From Eubacteriales bacterium (lineage in GTDB: Bacteria; Bacillota; Clostridia; Oscillospirales; CAG-272): a DNA stretch of 64,000 nucleotides. The notes beneath the pieces are model-generated. The model saw nothing but the letters and a program-made list of their open reading frames with translations. It made no database searches and was not told where the DNA came from. Location of the stretch: the NCBI GenBank assembly GCA_045542075.1, contig JAZQKI010000042.1, positions 19,114 to 83,113 on the forward strand, written 5' to 3'. Made by a program: the position numbers and the translations under genes. Positions 27,947 through 38,203 of the stretch are shown in pieces (position 1 is the first letter of the stretch; the number at the start of each line of letters is the position of its first letter).

Positions 27947-28825
27947 TTATTTTTTGAACCAACGCGAGCTTGCGCCGCACGGCAGGTATGCTCCCGTTTG
28001 TGTTACACGAAGTCCAAGCTCTCCCGATTCTATCTTTCCTCCGTAAACGCTTCTTACCTTGAGCTCAAGAATATAGCTCATAGTCAAGGGGGAGAGTCCT
28101 GTAGTGTAAGAATTTACAAGGAAGAACAGCGGGTCGTCCGAGAGAAGCTGAGCGGCAAGCGTTATAAACTCGTCAATGCTATCCTCAAGCTTCCAGATCT
28201 CGCCCGACGGGCCTCTGCCGTAGGACGGAGGGTCCATAATTATGCCGTCGTATTTGTTGCCACGTCTTATCTCGCGCTCAACAAATTTTTTGCAGTCATC
28301 TACGATATAGCGGATGGGTGCGCTCTCAAGCCCCGAGAGAGATGCGTTTTCTTTTGCCATAGCGACCATTCCCTTGGACGCGTCAACGTGTACCACCTGC
28401 GCACCCGCCTCAGCCGCCGCCATAGTAGCTCCGCCCGTATAAGCAAAGAGATTGAGAACCTTTATCTGTCTATTTGGCTCCTTTGCCTTTGCGCGCTTTA
28501 TTATATCGGAAAACCAATCCCAGTTAGCTGCCTGCTCGGGGAAAAGTCCCGTATGCTTAAAGCCCATAGGCTTCAACGCAAATCCGAGATTTTTGTAAGA
28601 TATATTCCAGGACTCGGGTGTTTTCTGCTTTACCCAGCCGCCGCCACCGTTGTTTGAACGGCGGTATATTCCGTCGGCATTCTTCCATGCGGGATGTCTT
28701 GCCGCGTTTTTCCATATTATCTGCGGGTCGGGACGGATGAGTATGTATTTACCCCACCTCTCGAGGCGCTCTCCGTCGGAGGCGTCAAGCAATTCGTAAT
28801 CTATCCAATTTTCACTGCACCACAT
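27947..28825 (-). CDS. Class I SAM-dependent methyltransferase (RlmI/YwbD-like)
   Basis: 292 aa with SAM motif VLNLFAYTGGATMAAA and a DPPSYGR catalytic-type motif. Confidence 0.75.
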   Translation of the reverse strand: MWCSENWIDYELLDASDGERLERWGKYILIRPDPQIIWKNAARHPAWKNADGIYRRSNNGGGGWVKQKTPESWNISYKNLGFALKPMGFKHTGLFPEQAANWDWFSDIIKRAKAKEPNRQIKVLNLFAYTGGATMAAAEAGAQVVHVDASKGMVAMAKENASLSGLESAPIRYIVDDCKKFVEREIRRGNKYDGIIMDPPSYGRGPSGEIWKLEDSIDEFITLAAQLLSDDPLFFLVNSYTTGLSPLTMSYILELKVRSVYGGKIESGELGLRVTQTGAYLPCGASSRWFKK

Positions 28826-28837
28826 ATATTTTCTCCA

Positions 28838-29341
28838 TTATTTCTTGTTATAGTATTGTGACAGCCGAGAGCATCCCGAATGGGCGTGGCAGACGGCTAT
28901 GGCGAGAGCGTCGGCGGTATCGTCGGGTTTTGGGGGCGCGGGCAGCCCTAAAAGGCTTGTTACCATTACTATTACCTGTTTTTTCTCGGCGCGTCCGTAT
29001 CCAACGACTGCCTGCTTTACCTGCAAAGGCGTATATTCCGCGATGGTAAGCCCCGCAAGCTTTGCGGAAAGCAGTATAACTCCTCTTGCCTCTGCGACAA
29101 GTATTGCCGTTGTAGTATTTGTGTTAAAGAACAGCTCCTCAACGGCTATCTGGTCGGGCTTGTACTTATTGATGATCTCGTTCATACCGCGATAAACCAT
29201 CAAAAGCCGTTCCGCAGGCTCAAGTCCCGCAGGGGTGTTTATTGACCCATATCCCAGTACCTTGAATTTTGAGCCGTTATATTCAATTACTCCCCAACCC
29301 ACTATTGCGTATCCGGGATCAATTCCGAGAATTATCATCAA
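28838..29341 (-). CDS. ruvC: Holliday junction resolvase RuvC
   Basis: 167 aa (ILGIDPGYAIVGWGVIE, ...DTADALAIAVCHA). Confidence 0.92.
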   Translation of the reverse strand: MMIILGIDPGYAIVGWGVIEYNGSKFKVLGYGSINTPAGLEPAERLLMVYRGMNEIINKYKPDQIAVEELFFNTNTTTAILVAEARGVILLSAKLAGLTIAEYTPLQVKQAVVGYGRAEKKQVIVMVTSLLGLPAPPKPDDTADALAIAVCHAHSGCSRLSQYYNKK

Positions 29342-29473
29342 ATTTCCTTTCCGAGCATTTTTTGCAATACTGCCCCATTTTCAATTCTCTATATTATAAC
29401 ACACTATTTTGATAATGTCAAATATATTTTTAATTATATTTGTTAATTAAAGAAAAATTTATCTTGAAAACCG

Positions 29474-29502
29474 TTTACAATCCCGAAATTTTGTGGTATA
29501 AT
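29474..29502 (+). promoter_or_regulatory. Promoter of the DUF951-yfhO-ruvAB operon (TTTACA-N17-TATAAT, TG-extended -10)
   Basis: The sequence reads TTTACAatcccgaaattttgtggTATAAT. Confidence 0.55.
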
Positions 29503-29538
29503 TTAGAATGTTGAAATATTGCTTACAGAGGGATAATT

Positions 29539-29724
29539 ATGAAGATACTCAAGCTTGACGTCGGAGACGTCATCGAACTGAAAAAGGAGCATCCCTGCGG
29601 ATGCAGGCTTTTTAAGATATTGCGTGTCGGCAGCGAGGTCCGTATTATTTGTCAGAATTGCGGACACGATATGACTCTCGGCCGTGAAAAGCTCGAAAAA
29701 GCAATAAAGAAAATCAATCCTTAA
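29539..29724 (+). CDS. DUF951-family small protein
   Basis: 61 aa (DVGDVIELKKEHPCGC...QNCGH), a pattern I recall for DUF951. Good RBS (GAGGGATAATT-ATG). Confidence 0.7.
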   Translation: MKILKLDVGDVIELKKEHPCGCRLFKILRVGSEVRIICQNCGHDMTLGREKLEKAIKKINP

Positions 29725-29744
29725 AAACAAGAGAAGGAAAACCG

Positions 29745-32700
29745 ATGAAACAAAGCAAAGTTAATTTGAATGTACAAAACAACATAGACACCACAGGCGC
29801 GCTCCCCCGTCAGTCACTTTGGGGACAAATTGTAAATAAGCTTAAGGAATATAGATATCTCGGTATTTCGGGACTTATATCCGCGGTAGCAGTCCTGCTT
29901 ATTTATATGATAGTTACAGGAGGTCTTTTTCCCTTTGGCAAGGGTACTACTCTTATTCTTGACCTGAACGCGCAGTACGTATATTTCTTCTCTGCACTCA
30001 GACGCGCCATATTTGGAGACGGAGAGCTTCTTTACTCCTTCTCGCGCTCGCTCGGCGGAGAATTTCTCGGAATATACGCATACTACCTTGCAAGCCCGCT
30101 TTCATACCTCGTATGCCTGTTTCCCGCGGATAAAATGCAGGAGTTCTCATTGCTTCTGCTCATGCTCAAGTCAGCTCTTTGCGGCATGACTATGGGATAT
30201 TACCTGCACAAGCATTCCGAGAAGCTGAACAAGCTCACGATAGTTGCCTTTTCACTTCTTTACTCTCTCTGCGCCTACTGTATAGTATATCAGACAAACC
30301 TGATGTGGATGGATGCGGTGATCTGGCTTCCCCTTCTTACTCTTGGCATTGAGTCGCTTATAAAGTACGGCAAGTATAAGCTTTTCGTTGTATCCCTTGC
30401 ACTCACGATAGCAAGCAACTATTATATCGGATATATGTGCTGTATATTCGTTGCGCTGTACTTTTTCTACTATATTTTTGCGCACAAGAATGATTTTGCA
30501 AACAATCCCCTCCGTGAAAAATCACATTTTATCAAGTCGCTCATAAGAATAGCCGTATTTTCCGCAATAGCAGTATGTATCGCGGCGGTTATTATATTTA
30601 GCGCATATTACTCGCTTTCATTCGGAAAGACCGAATTTTCCGACTCTGATCTTGATATTTCCACTCGAATAACCTTTTTCGACGTAATATTCAAGTTCTT
30701 CCCCGGCTCTTATGACACCATAGACAATATGAACGCAACGGCAACGTCGCCGTCAACAGGTGCGTTTCCCTTTATTTACTGCGGTGTAATAACCCTGATC
30801 CTCGCCCCCGCATACTTTTTATGCGGAAAGTTCTCTGTCAGAGAAAAGATCGCATCTGCAGTATTCGTTGGATTCTTTATTCTCAGCTTTATCATCTCAA
30901 CGCTTGACCTTATCTGGCACGGATTCCAATATCCCAACTGTCTGCAGAACAGATACAGCTTTATGCTCTGCTTCTTCCTGGTCATTCTGGCGTTCAAGGC
31001 TTTTGAAAACATTGAGGAACCTAACGTCAAGTGGGGCGTGTATATATCCGCGATTTTCTGGGGATCGTTTGCTGTAATAATTCAAAAGCTTGCTCCCGAG
31101 ATCACCGAGGGCATACAGAAGATAAACAGCAAGTTTGAGCTTGGAAATTTTCAGTTTGCACTCTTCGCTCTGATCATGATAGCCATTTACGTTATCATTA
31201 TCGCTATTGCCCGTACCACGACGAAAAAATCGCTTTTGTCTGCCGTTCTTCTTGTAATAATTACAGTTGAGCTTGTTCTCAACGGAATATCAAACGTTGA
31301 TGACTTTGGCGAGGATTTCGGATTTTCAACTTATTCAAGATACGATGATTTCCAGGACATTATGTATCCTGTAATTGACACCGTCAGGGACAATGATGAT
31401 TCCTTCTACCGTATGGAAAAAACGGTGTACCGTCAGCCTAACGACAATATGCAGTTTGGCATAAGGGGTGTGGCTAACAGCACATCTACTCTCAATACCT
31501 CGGCAATTCAGTTTATCCAGATGATGGGATACTCTGCCCGAGCGCAGTGGTCACTGTATCTTGGCGGAAACCCCGTCAGTGACTCCCTGCTTGGAATTAA
31601 GTATATCGTCACAGACAGAGATATGAGCGAGTTTTACGGTGAGCCTGTCTATACCGCGGAGGAATTCGCGGCTCATGAGGGTATATCCGTTGAGGAGCTT
31701 ATAGAACAAACTGTTGCGGATGAAACCGACTCGGGCAAATACAAGGGCAAATCCGCGGCAGATTACGTGGTATATAAAAATCCTTACGCACTTTCACTTG
31801 GATTTGCGTCTGATAAGGACGTTATTGACTTCAATATGAAGGTCTATAATACCTACGTTGCGCAGACAGACGAAAAATATAATAACGGCGGCTACACCAA
31901 TCCTTTTGAAAGACTCAACGCCCTTTATACAGCAATTCTCGGCGAGGACGAAACAGTACAGATTTTCAAACCCGCCACACAGGATCAGGTCATCTATTCA
32001 AGCAATATAACCTACGGAGTTTCCAGCGGCTCGCTTGACGACTCAATAATCCATCACAGATACACGGGCGAGAACGGTACTGTCACGTATGATTATACCG
32101 TGCCCGAAAACACAACGCTTTATCTGTATCTTCCCGCTTACTATACCCGTAACGTCAAGCTTTCGGCTACCAGCCCGATCGCTGACGGCACGAACAATTT
32201 TGGAAGCAACGTCTCGACCAACCCCACGCTCCGTATAGTCGAGCTTGGAAAGTCAAAGACGAGCGATTATCAGTTTACCGTAAAGATCGATAATTCCTAC
32301 AATCAATTTTACGTTCAGGACCAGGAATCCTATATCTACTATATCGACACTCAGCTTCTCGCTGAGGTGACTCAAAGACTCCAGAAAAACCAGCTTGTTA
32401 TTGATGAGTACACGGAAAGCAGCTTTGAAGGCAGTATTTCCACGGAAAACAACAATCAGGTCATACTCACCACCATAACCTACGATAAGTACTGGGACGT
32501 TTACGTTGACGGTAAAAAGGTTGAGACATTTGACGCGGTGGATACAACTCCCGGCAAGGACGGCGGCGGAGCTTTGCTTGCATTTGAAATAGCGGATGCG
32601 GGCGAGCATAGTATTAAAATCGTGTACAAGCCGAGGATCGTGACGGTTGGACTTATCATCTCGTGCGTGGCGATCACAGTCTTTGTGCTGATATGGGTAT

Positions 32701-32840
32701 TTGAAAAGAAGCTTATCCGAATAAAGCCCGTAAGACCCCTGCTCTGCATCGAGGATAACTCTGATGATGCCGATCTTAATGTAAAAGATAAAAAGGATTC
32801 TCCACCCGCTAAAAAATCAAAGAATAAGGGAAAGGACTGA
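29745..32840 (+). CDS. YfhO-family membrane protein (putative glycosyl transferase/flippase-like)
   Basis: 1031 aa with about 13 N-terminal TM segments, a large extracytoplasmic domain, a C-terminal TM and a Lys-rich tail. Architecture typical of YfhO. Confidence 0.75.
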   Translation: MKQSKVNLNVQNNIDTTGALPRQSLWGQIVNKLKEYRYLGISGLISAVAVLLIYMIVTGGLFPFGKGTTLILDLNAQYVYFFSALRRAIFGDGELLYSFSRSLGGEFLGIYAYYLASPLSYLVCLFPADKMQEFSLLLLMLKSALCGMTMGYYLHKHSEKLNKLTIVAFSLLYSLCAYCIVYQTNLMWMDAVIWLPLLTLGIESLIKYGKYKLFVVSLALTIASNYYIGYMCCIFVALYFFYYIFAHKNDFANNPLREKSHFIKSLIRIAVFSAIAVCIAAVIIFSAYYSLSFGKTEFSDSDLDISTRITFFDVIFKFFPGSYDTIDNMNATATSPSTGAFPFIYCGVITLILAPAYFLCGKFSVREKIASAVFVGFFILSFIISTLDLIWHGFQYPNCLQNRYSFMLCFFLVILAFKAFENIEEPNVKWGVYISAIFWGSFAVIIQKLAPEITEGIQKINSKFELGNFQFALFALIMIAIYVIIIAIARTTTKKSLLSAVLLVIITVELVLNGISNVDDFGEDFGFSTYSRYDDFQDIMYPVIDTVRDNDDSFYRMEKTVYRQPNDNMQFGIRGVANSTSTLNTSAIQFIQMMGYSARAQWSLYLGGNPVSDSLLGIKYIVTDRDMSEFYGEPVYTAEEFAAHEGISVEELIEQTVADETDSGKYKGKSAADYVVYKNPYALSLGFASDKDVIDFNMKVYNTYVAQTDEKYNNGGYTNPFERLNALYTAILGEDETVQIFKPATQDQVIYSSNITYGVSSGSLDDSIIHHRYTGENGTVTYDYTVPENTTLYLYLPAYYTRNVKLSATSPIADGTNNFGSNVSTNPTLRIVELGKSKTSDYQFTVKIDNSYNQFYVQDQESYIYYIDTQLLAEVTQRLQKNQLVIDEYTESSFEGSISTENNNQVILTTITYDKYWDVYVDGKKVETFDAVDTTPGKDGGGALLAFEIADAGEHSIKIVYKPRIVTVGLIISCVAITVFVLIWVFEKKLIRIKPVRPLLCIEDNSDDADLNVKDKKDSPPAKKSKNKGKD

Positions 32841-32844
32841 TTTT

Positions 32845-33465
32845 ATGTTTCACTATATATCCGGAGAGCTTGCATACTCCTCTCCCGCAACGGCAGTGAT
32901 TGACGTGTGCGGAGTGGGGTATAAGCTCACAATAAGCGGCAACACCTACGAAGGTCTTGCTCGATCCACGTCGCAAAAGGTAAAGCTATATACTTATCTT
33001 GCGGTGCGCGAGGATGGTATCGAGCTTTTTGGCTTTGGAAGCGAGATAGAGCTTTCGACCTTTAAGATGCTCCTTACTGTGTCGGGCGTAGGTCCCAAGG
33101 CGGCAATATCCATCCTCTCTCTGCTCACACCCGAAAAGTTTGCTCTTGCGGTCTGCACCGACGATAAAAAGACTATATCTAAAGCGAGCGGTATAGGTCC
33201 CAAGACCGCCGCAAGAATAATTCTCGAGCTTAAGGACAAGCTCTCAAAGGAGACCAGCCTTGACACGTCTCTTGCAAGCGCGGTGTCCGCGGGCGGAGGA
33301 GCAGTTGCTCCTACCTCAAGCGGAAAGATGTCCGAGGCGCAGGATGCTCTTATGGTGCTTGGCTACAGCAGAGCCGAGGCACAAAGAGTTCTCTCCTCGC
33401 TTGATACACAGAATATGAGCCTTGAGCAGATCATCAAGGAAGCTCTCAAGCAGCTTATGAGATAA
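32845..33465 (+). CDS. ruvA: Holliday junction DNA helicase RuvA
   Basis: 206 aa (GVGYKLTIS, HhH motifs VSGVGPKAAISIL / ASGIGPKTAARII). Confidence 0.93.
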   Translation: MFHYISGELAYSSPATAVIDVCGVGYKLTISGNTYEGLARSTSQKVKLYTYLAVREDGIELFGFGSEIELSTFKMLLTVSGVGPKAAISILSLLTPEKFALAVCTDDKKTISKASGIGPKTAARIILELKDKLSKETSLDTSLASAVSAGGGAVAPTSSGKMSEAQDALMVLGYSRAEAQRVLSSLDTQNMSLEQIIKEALKQLMR

Positions 33466-33480
33466 TTATTGGAGGCAGTT

Positions 33481-34539
33481 ATGGATTTTACAGAAGATTT
33501 TGACTTTGAAAGCCGAATAGTGTCAACCTCCTATTCCGCAGAGGATTCCGACACCGACAGCTCCCTTCGCCCTAAAAATCTTGACGAGTACATAGGTCAG
33601 GACAAGGCAAAGGAAAATCTGAAGGTGTATATGGATGCGGCAAAGTTCAGAGGTGAGTCTCTTGACCACGTTCTGCTCTACGGCCCTCCCGGTCTCGGTA
33701 AGACGACACTTTCAAATATTGTCGCCGCCGAAATGGGGGTAAATATAAGAGTTACTTCGGGTCCCGCTATTGAGAAGCAAGGTGACCTTGCGGCTTTGCT
33801 TACGAATCTGAGCGAGGGCGACGTGCTTTTCATTGACGAGATACACCGTCTTTCCCGCTCGGTTGAGGAAATTCTTTATCCTGCCATGGAGGACTTTGCG
33901 CTTGATATAATTATCGGCAAGGGCCCGTCCGCCAGAAGCATAAGAATTGATCTGCCTAAATTCACACTTATCGGTGCGACCACACGCGCAGGTCAGCTTA
34001 CCACTCCCCTTCGCGACCGTTTTGGAGTACTGCTCAAGCTTGAGCTTTACACTCCCGAGCAGCTTGCGACTATCGTTAAGCGAAGCGCAGCCATACTTGG
34101 CATCGGCATCAATGAAAACGGAGCGTATGAGATAGCGTCCCGCTCTCGCGGAACGCCTCGAATTGCTAACAGACTCCTCAAGCGTGTTCGTGATTTCGCT
34201 CAGGTGTCGGGCAAGGAGATAATCGACGAGGAGATAGCGTCCTACGCTCTCGGCAAGCTTGAAATAGACGAGCTTGGACTTGACAATACCGACAGACGCA
34301 TGCTTGAAACTATAATCAAATTCTACGACGGAGGCCCCGTCGGTCTTGAAACTCTCGCGGCGACTATCGGCGAGGAAGCAGTCACAATCGAGGACGTTTA
34401 CGAGCCGTATCTTATGCAGATAGGATTCCTCTCCCGTACTCCCCGAGGCCGTTGCGTGACCAGACTTGCGTATGAGCATCTCGGAATACCTATGAAAAGA
34501 AAAAACAACTCCTCACAGATAGATATTTTTGAGGAATAA
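33481..34539 (+). CDS. ruvB: Holliday junction DNA helicase RuvB
   Basis: [12 protein letters not shown], Walker [10 protein letters not shown], Walker [12 protein letters not shown] at 33481 preferred (GGAGG 5 nt upstream) over the TTG at 33469. Confidence 0.95.
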   Translation: MDFTEDFDFESRIVSTSYSAEDSDTDSSLRPKNLDEYIGQDKAKENLKVYMDAAKFRGESLDHVLLYGPPGLGKTTLSNIVAAEMGVNIRVTSGPAIEKQGDLAALLTNLSEGDVLFIDEIHRLSRSVEEILYPAMEDFALDIIIGKGPSARSIRIDLPKFTLIGATTRAGQLTTPLRDRFGVLLKLELYTPEQLATIVKRSAAILGIGINENGAYEIASRSRGTPRIANRLLKRVRDFAQVSGKEIIDEEIASYALGKLEIDELGLDNTDRRMLETIIKFYDGGPVGLETLAATIGEEAVTIEDVYEPYLMQIGFLSRTPRGRCVTRLAYEHLGIPMKRKNNSSQIDIFEE

Positions 34540-34540
34540 T

Positions 34541-34576
34541 AAAAAAGCCTTCCCCCTGTGAGGGGAAGGCTTTTTC
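34541..34576. terminator. Bidirectional terminator between ruvB and the ABC exporter gene
   Basis: Stem gccttcccc/ggggaaggc flanked by A6 and T5 runs. Confidence 0.75.
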
Positions 34577-36339
34577 TATTCAAACTGACTGTTCCAGAGA
34601 TCCGCATAGAAGCCGCCTTTGTCGAGAAGCTCCGCATGATTTCCCTTTTCGATTATCTTTCCGTTATTCATAACGAGAATTATATCCGCTTCCTTGATGG
34701 TGGAAAGTCGGTGCGCAACGATAAACGACGTTCTGCCCTTCATCATAAGCGCAAAGGAATTCTGTATTTTTATCTCCGTGCGTGTATCTATTGAGGAGGT
34801 TGCCTCGTCAAGAATAAGCATCGGAGGCAGGCACAGAAGCACTCTTGTGATACACAAAAGTTGCTTTTGTCCTTGCGAGAGCGAGCCTCCGTCCTCTCCT
34901 ATCACAGTATCGTAGCCCTGCGGCAAACGGCGTATAAAACTATGCGCGTGGGTGAGCTTTGCAGCCGCAATTATCTCCTCATCGGTGGCATCGGGCTTGC
35001 CCATCGTGATATTTTCTCGTATCGTGCCGCTCTTGAGCCACGTCTCCTGAAGCACCATACCGTAGGAGCTACGGAGCGAGCTGCGCGTAAGATCTCTTAT
35101 ATCGTGACCGCTGACCTTGATCTTTCCGCTGTCAACGTCGTAAAATCTCATAAGCAGATTTATCACGGTGGTCTTTCCACAGCCCGTAGGGCCGACGATT
35201 GCCACTCTCTGCCCGTTCTCGATCGACAGGTTAAAGTCACGTATAAGCTCACGGTCGGGAGTGTAAGAAAAGCTTACATCCTCTATATTTACCTTGCCGT
35301 CCACCTCGTCTCCTGTGAGAATGTGCGCGTCGGGGGCGTCAGGTGTCTGTGAGGGCTGGTCTATAAGCTCAAACAGACGCGAGGCGCAGGCGAGCGAGTT
35401 CTGAAGCTCGGTAACAACGCCCGAAATCTCATTGAAGGGCTTGGTGTATTGGTTTGCGTAATTCAAAAGCGAGAAAAGTCCGCCGACAGTAAGGCCGCCT
35501 TCCACGTTTCCCTGCCTGATACATATCATAGCGCCAACAAACGCTACCGCTGCATAAACGAGGTTATTTACAAAACGAGTTGATGGGTTTGTGAGAGATG
35601 AATAAAACAGAGCCTTGAGAGACGTCTTTTCAAGTCTGCCGTTTATCTCGTCAAATTTAGCCAATGCCTCATCCTCATGCGAGAATGCTGCCACGACCTT
35701 GTGCTCGCCTATCATTTCATCAATAAATGCCGTCTGCTCGGCTCTGGTCTCGGACTGCGCCTTGAATAGCGAGAAGGTATTTTTTGCGATAAACGCAGCC
35801 ACAAAAAGCGACAGAGGGGTTATCAGCACGACCACCGCGGTAATGGGGAGACTTATGGAGATCATGAACCCGATAGTGCCGATAATAGTCAGCACTCCCG
35901 TGAAGAACTGTGAAAATCCCATAAGCAGTCCGTCACCGAACTGGTCAACGTCCGTGATAACTCTACTGACCGTGTCACCTACGGGCTTTGTGTCAAGATA
36001 CGAGAGCGGAAGCTCCTGTATCTTCACAAACGCGTCGCGTCTGAGTTTTTTGACGATACCAAAGGTGATACGGTTGTTTATGACGTTCATTATCCATTGG
36101 CACAGCGCGGTAGCTCCGCAGACTACGCCTATGATGATCAAAATTCTGAAAATGCCTTCAAAATCAACGTTATCCTTCCCTATGGCGAGGTCTATTGCCT
36201 GACCTGCGAGAATGGGAATATAAAGCGTACCTACGACTATAAGTGCCGCTAAAATCAGAGATATAGCGAAAAGAACTCTGTAGCCCTTCATATATCTGAG
36301 CACCTTAGAAAAGGTGGTTTTGCGGGAGATCTTAGCCAT
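34576..36339 (-). CDS. ABC exporter half-transporter (TMD-NBD), subunit with a non-canonical signature motif
   Basis: Walker A GPTGCGKTT, Walker B LILDEATSSID, signature LSQGQKQ instead of LSGGQ. Start moved to MAKISRK (GGGAGGTGAG RBS). 8-nt overlap with the upstream partner. Confidence 0.88.
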   Translation of the reverse strand: MAKISRKTTFSKVLRYMKGYRVLFAISLILAALIVVGTLYIPILAGQAIDLAIGKDNVDFEGIFRILIIIGVVCGATALCQWIMNVINNRITFGIVKKLRRDAFVKIQELPLSYLDTKPVGDTVSRVITDVDQFGDGLLMGFSQFFTGVLTIIGTIGFMISISLPITAVVVLITPLSLFVAAFIAKNTFSLFKAQSETRAEQTAFIDEMIGEHKVVAAFSHEDEALAKFDEINGRLEKTSLKALFYSSLTNPSTRFVNNLVYAAVAFVGAMICIRQGNVEGGLTVGGLFSLLNYANQYTKPFNEISGVVTELQNSLACASRLFELIDQPSQTPDAPDAHILTGDEVDGKVNIEDVSFSYTPDRELIRDFNLSIENGQRVAIVGPTGCGKTTVINLLMRFYDVDSGKIKVSGHDIRDLTRSSLRSSYGMVLQETWLKSGTIRENITMGKPDATDEEIIAAAKLTHAHSFIRRLPQGYDTVIGEDGGSLSQGQKQLLCITRVLLCLPPMLILDEATSSIDTRTEIKIQNSFALMMKGRTSFIVAHRLSTIKEADIILVMNNGKIIEKGNHAELLDKGGFYADLWNSQFE

Positions 36340-38065
36340 TCGACTCACCTCCCTTGAACTGCGATTCATAAATTTCACGGTACACGGGGCAGCTATCAAG
36401 AAGCTCATTGTGCTTTCCGATGCCGACTACTGCTCCGTCGTCAAGCACGAGAATAATGTCTGCGTGTGAGATGGATGAGGTCCTTTGAGAAATTATGAAA
36501 ACACAGGGATCATAGTCAAGATTTTTTATTTCATGGCGGAGTCTTGCTTCGGTGGCAAAGTCAAGCGCAGACGCGGAGTCGTCAAGTATCAGAACAGGTG
36601 ATTTTGCCACTACCGCGCGAGCTATACAAAGTCTTTGTCTTTGTCCGCCCGAGAAGTTTCTTCCCTTTTGCTCGACCTTTGCGTCAAGTCCGCCGTTCTT
36701 TTCGCGGACAAAATCAGCCGCCTGCGCTATTTCGAGCGCGTGCCAAAGCTCATCGTCGGTGGCACTCTCCTTACCCCAACAGAGATTTGAGCGTACCGTT
36801 CCCTTGAAAAGTACCGCCTTTTGCGGAACTATTCCAATCTGCGAGCGCAAAAATTCAAGGTCATATTCGGAAACGTCACGGCCCATAAATCTTACTTGTC
36901 CCTCGGTTGCGTCGTAAAATCTGGGGATCATATTTACAAGGGTAGTCTTACCGCTTCCTGTTCCGCCTATAATACCAACAGTCATGCCGCGATACGCCTT
37001 GAAATTCACTCCCTGAACGGATTGAGCGGAGGCGGTGGAATAAGTCAGCGCTGCATTTTCAAATTCAACTACGGGAGAATTTTCGTTGCCCTCGGTTGCG
37101 GGTTGTTTTGGAACATTCATTCCCGTGGGAGTATCAAATACTGCCTGGATACGCTTACTGCACGCGAGTGCCTTTGTCACAAGGAATATAGTATTTGCAA
37201 GCTTTATAAGCTCGACGAGTATCTGCGTCATATAGTTATACATCGCGACAAGCTCGCCCTGTGACATATTACCCGAATTTACCTCGGGCGCGGAGAAATA
37301 AATTATTGCGATTATACCGAGATTGACTACAACGTACGTGAGCGGATTCATAAGAGCAGTTATTCTGCCCGTAAAGTTCTGAATTTTAGTATGCTCTCTG
37401 TTGGCAACCTCGAAGCCTTCTATCTCCTCGCTCTCCTTGTTGAAAGCGCGGATAACTCGCACGCCCGAGAGACTTTCGCGAGTACGCGAGGTGACATTAT
37501 CGAGCTTTTGCTGTACCTTTTTGTAAAGAGGGATTCCCGCAAGAATTATGCTGAAAACTATAACCGCAAGCACGGGAATGACTACCACGAATACAAGCGC
37601 AATATCCTTGTTTACGAGAAACGCCATGATCATCGCGCCAAACACGATTATGGGAGAGCGCAAAAACAGACGGAGCGTCATATTAACTCCCGACTGAAGC
37701 TGGTTTACGTCGCTCGTCATTCGGGTTATCATTGACGACGTGCCAAGCTTGTCCGTCTCGGAATAAGAAAATCTGCCGAGATGGGCAAAAAGCGAATGTC
37801 TCATTCCCGTAGCCATGCCTACCGCCGCCTTTGCGGCAAAATACTGCGCTATCACGGCGCAAGCCAGACCGATTATTCCAAGCGCTACAAGCACAAGACA
37901 CATTTTTATAATATGACTGCTGTCACCGTTTGCTATTCCCTTGTCTATTATTGACTGGACAACAAGCGGCACCAAAAGATCAAAGCAAGCCTCGAGCAGT
38001 TTGAACAGAGGCGCTATGATACATTCAAGCTTATATTTCTTCAAAAAACGTAGAACCGTTTTCAT
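36332..38065 (-). CDS. ABC exporter half-transporter (TMD-NBD), subunit with a non-canonical Walker B residue
   Basis: Walker A GGTGSGKTT, signature FSGGQRQR, Walker B LILDDSASALD (Asp in place of the catalytic Glu). Together with its partner this predicts one degenerate ATP site, as in heterodimeric exporters. Confidence 0.88.
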   Translation of the reverse strand: MKTVLRFLKKYKLECIIAPLFKLLEACFDLLVPLVVQSIIDKGIANGDSSHIIKMCLVLVALGIIGLACAVIAQYFAAKAAVGMATGMRHSLFAHLGRFSYSETDKLGTSSMITRMTSDVNQLQSGVNMTLRLFLRSPIIVFGAMIMAFLVNKDIALVFVVVIPVLAVIVFSIILAGIPLYKKVQQKLDNVTSRTRESLSGVRVIRAFNKESEEIEGFEVANREHTKIQNFTGRITALMNPLTYVVVNLGIIAIIYFSAPEVNSGNMSQGELVAMYNYMTQILVELIKLANTIFLVTKALACSKRIQAVFDTPTGMNVPKQPATEGNENSPVVEFENAALTYSTASAQSVQGVNFKAYRGMTVGIIGGTGSGKTTLVNMIPRFYDATEGQVRFMGRDVSEYDLEFLRSQIGIVPQKAVLFKGTVRSNLCWGKESATDDELWHALEIAQAADFVREKNGGLDAKVEQKGRNFSGGQRQRLCIARAVVAKSPVLILDDSASALDFATEARLRHEIKNLDYDPCVFIISQRTSSISHADIILVLDDGAVVGIGKHNELLDSCPVYREIYESQFKGGESNG

Positions 38066-38152
38066 CCCGAGACTCCTTTCTCTCTAAATTCCTTATAATT
38101 ATATCACCTAATCAAAATAAAATCAATAGCCTTGGGGAAAATATTATATACG

Positions 38153-38182
38153 TAAAAGCACCCGCGGATATCCGCGGGTGCT
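38153..38182 (-). terminator. Intrinsic terminator downstream of the esterase lipoprotein gene
   Basis: 10-bp GC-rich stem gcacccgcgg/ccgcgggtgc with loop atat and a T4 run on the minus strand. Confidence 0.7.
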
Positions 38183-38203
38183 TGGGATCAATGTAAGTTT
38201 TTA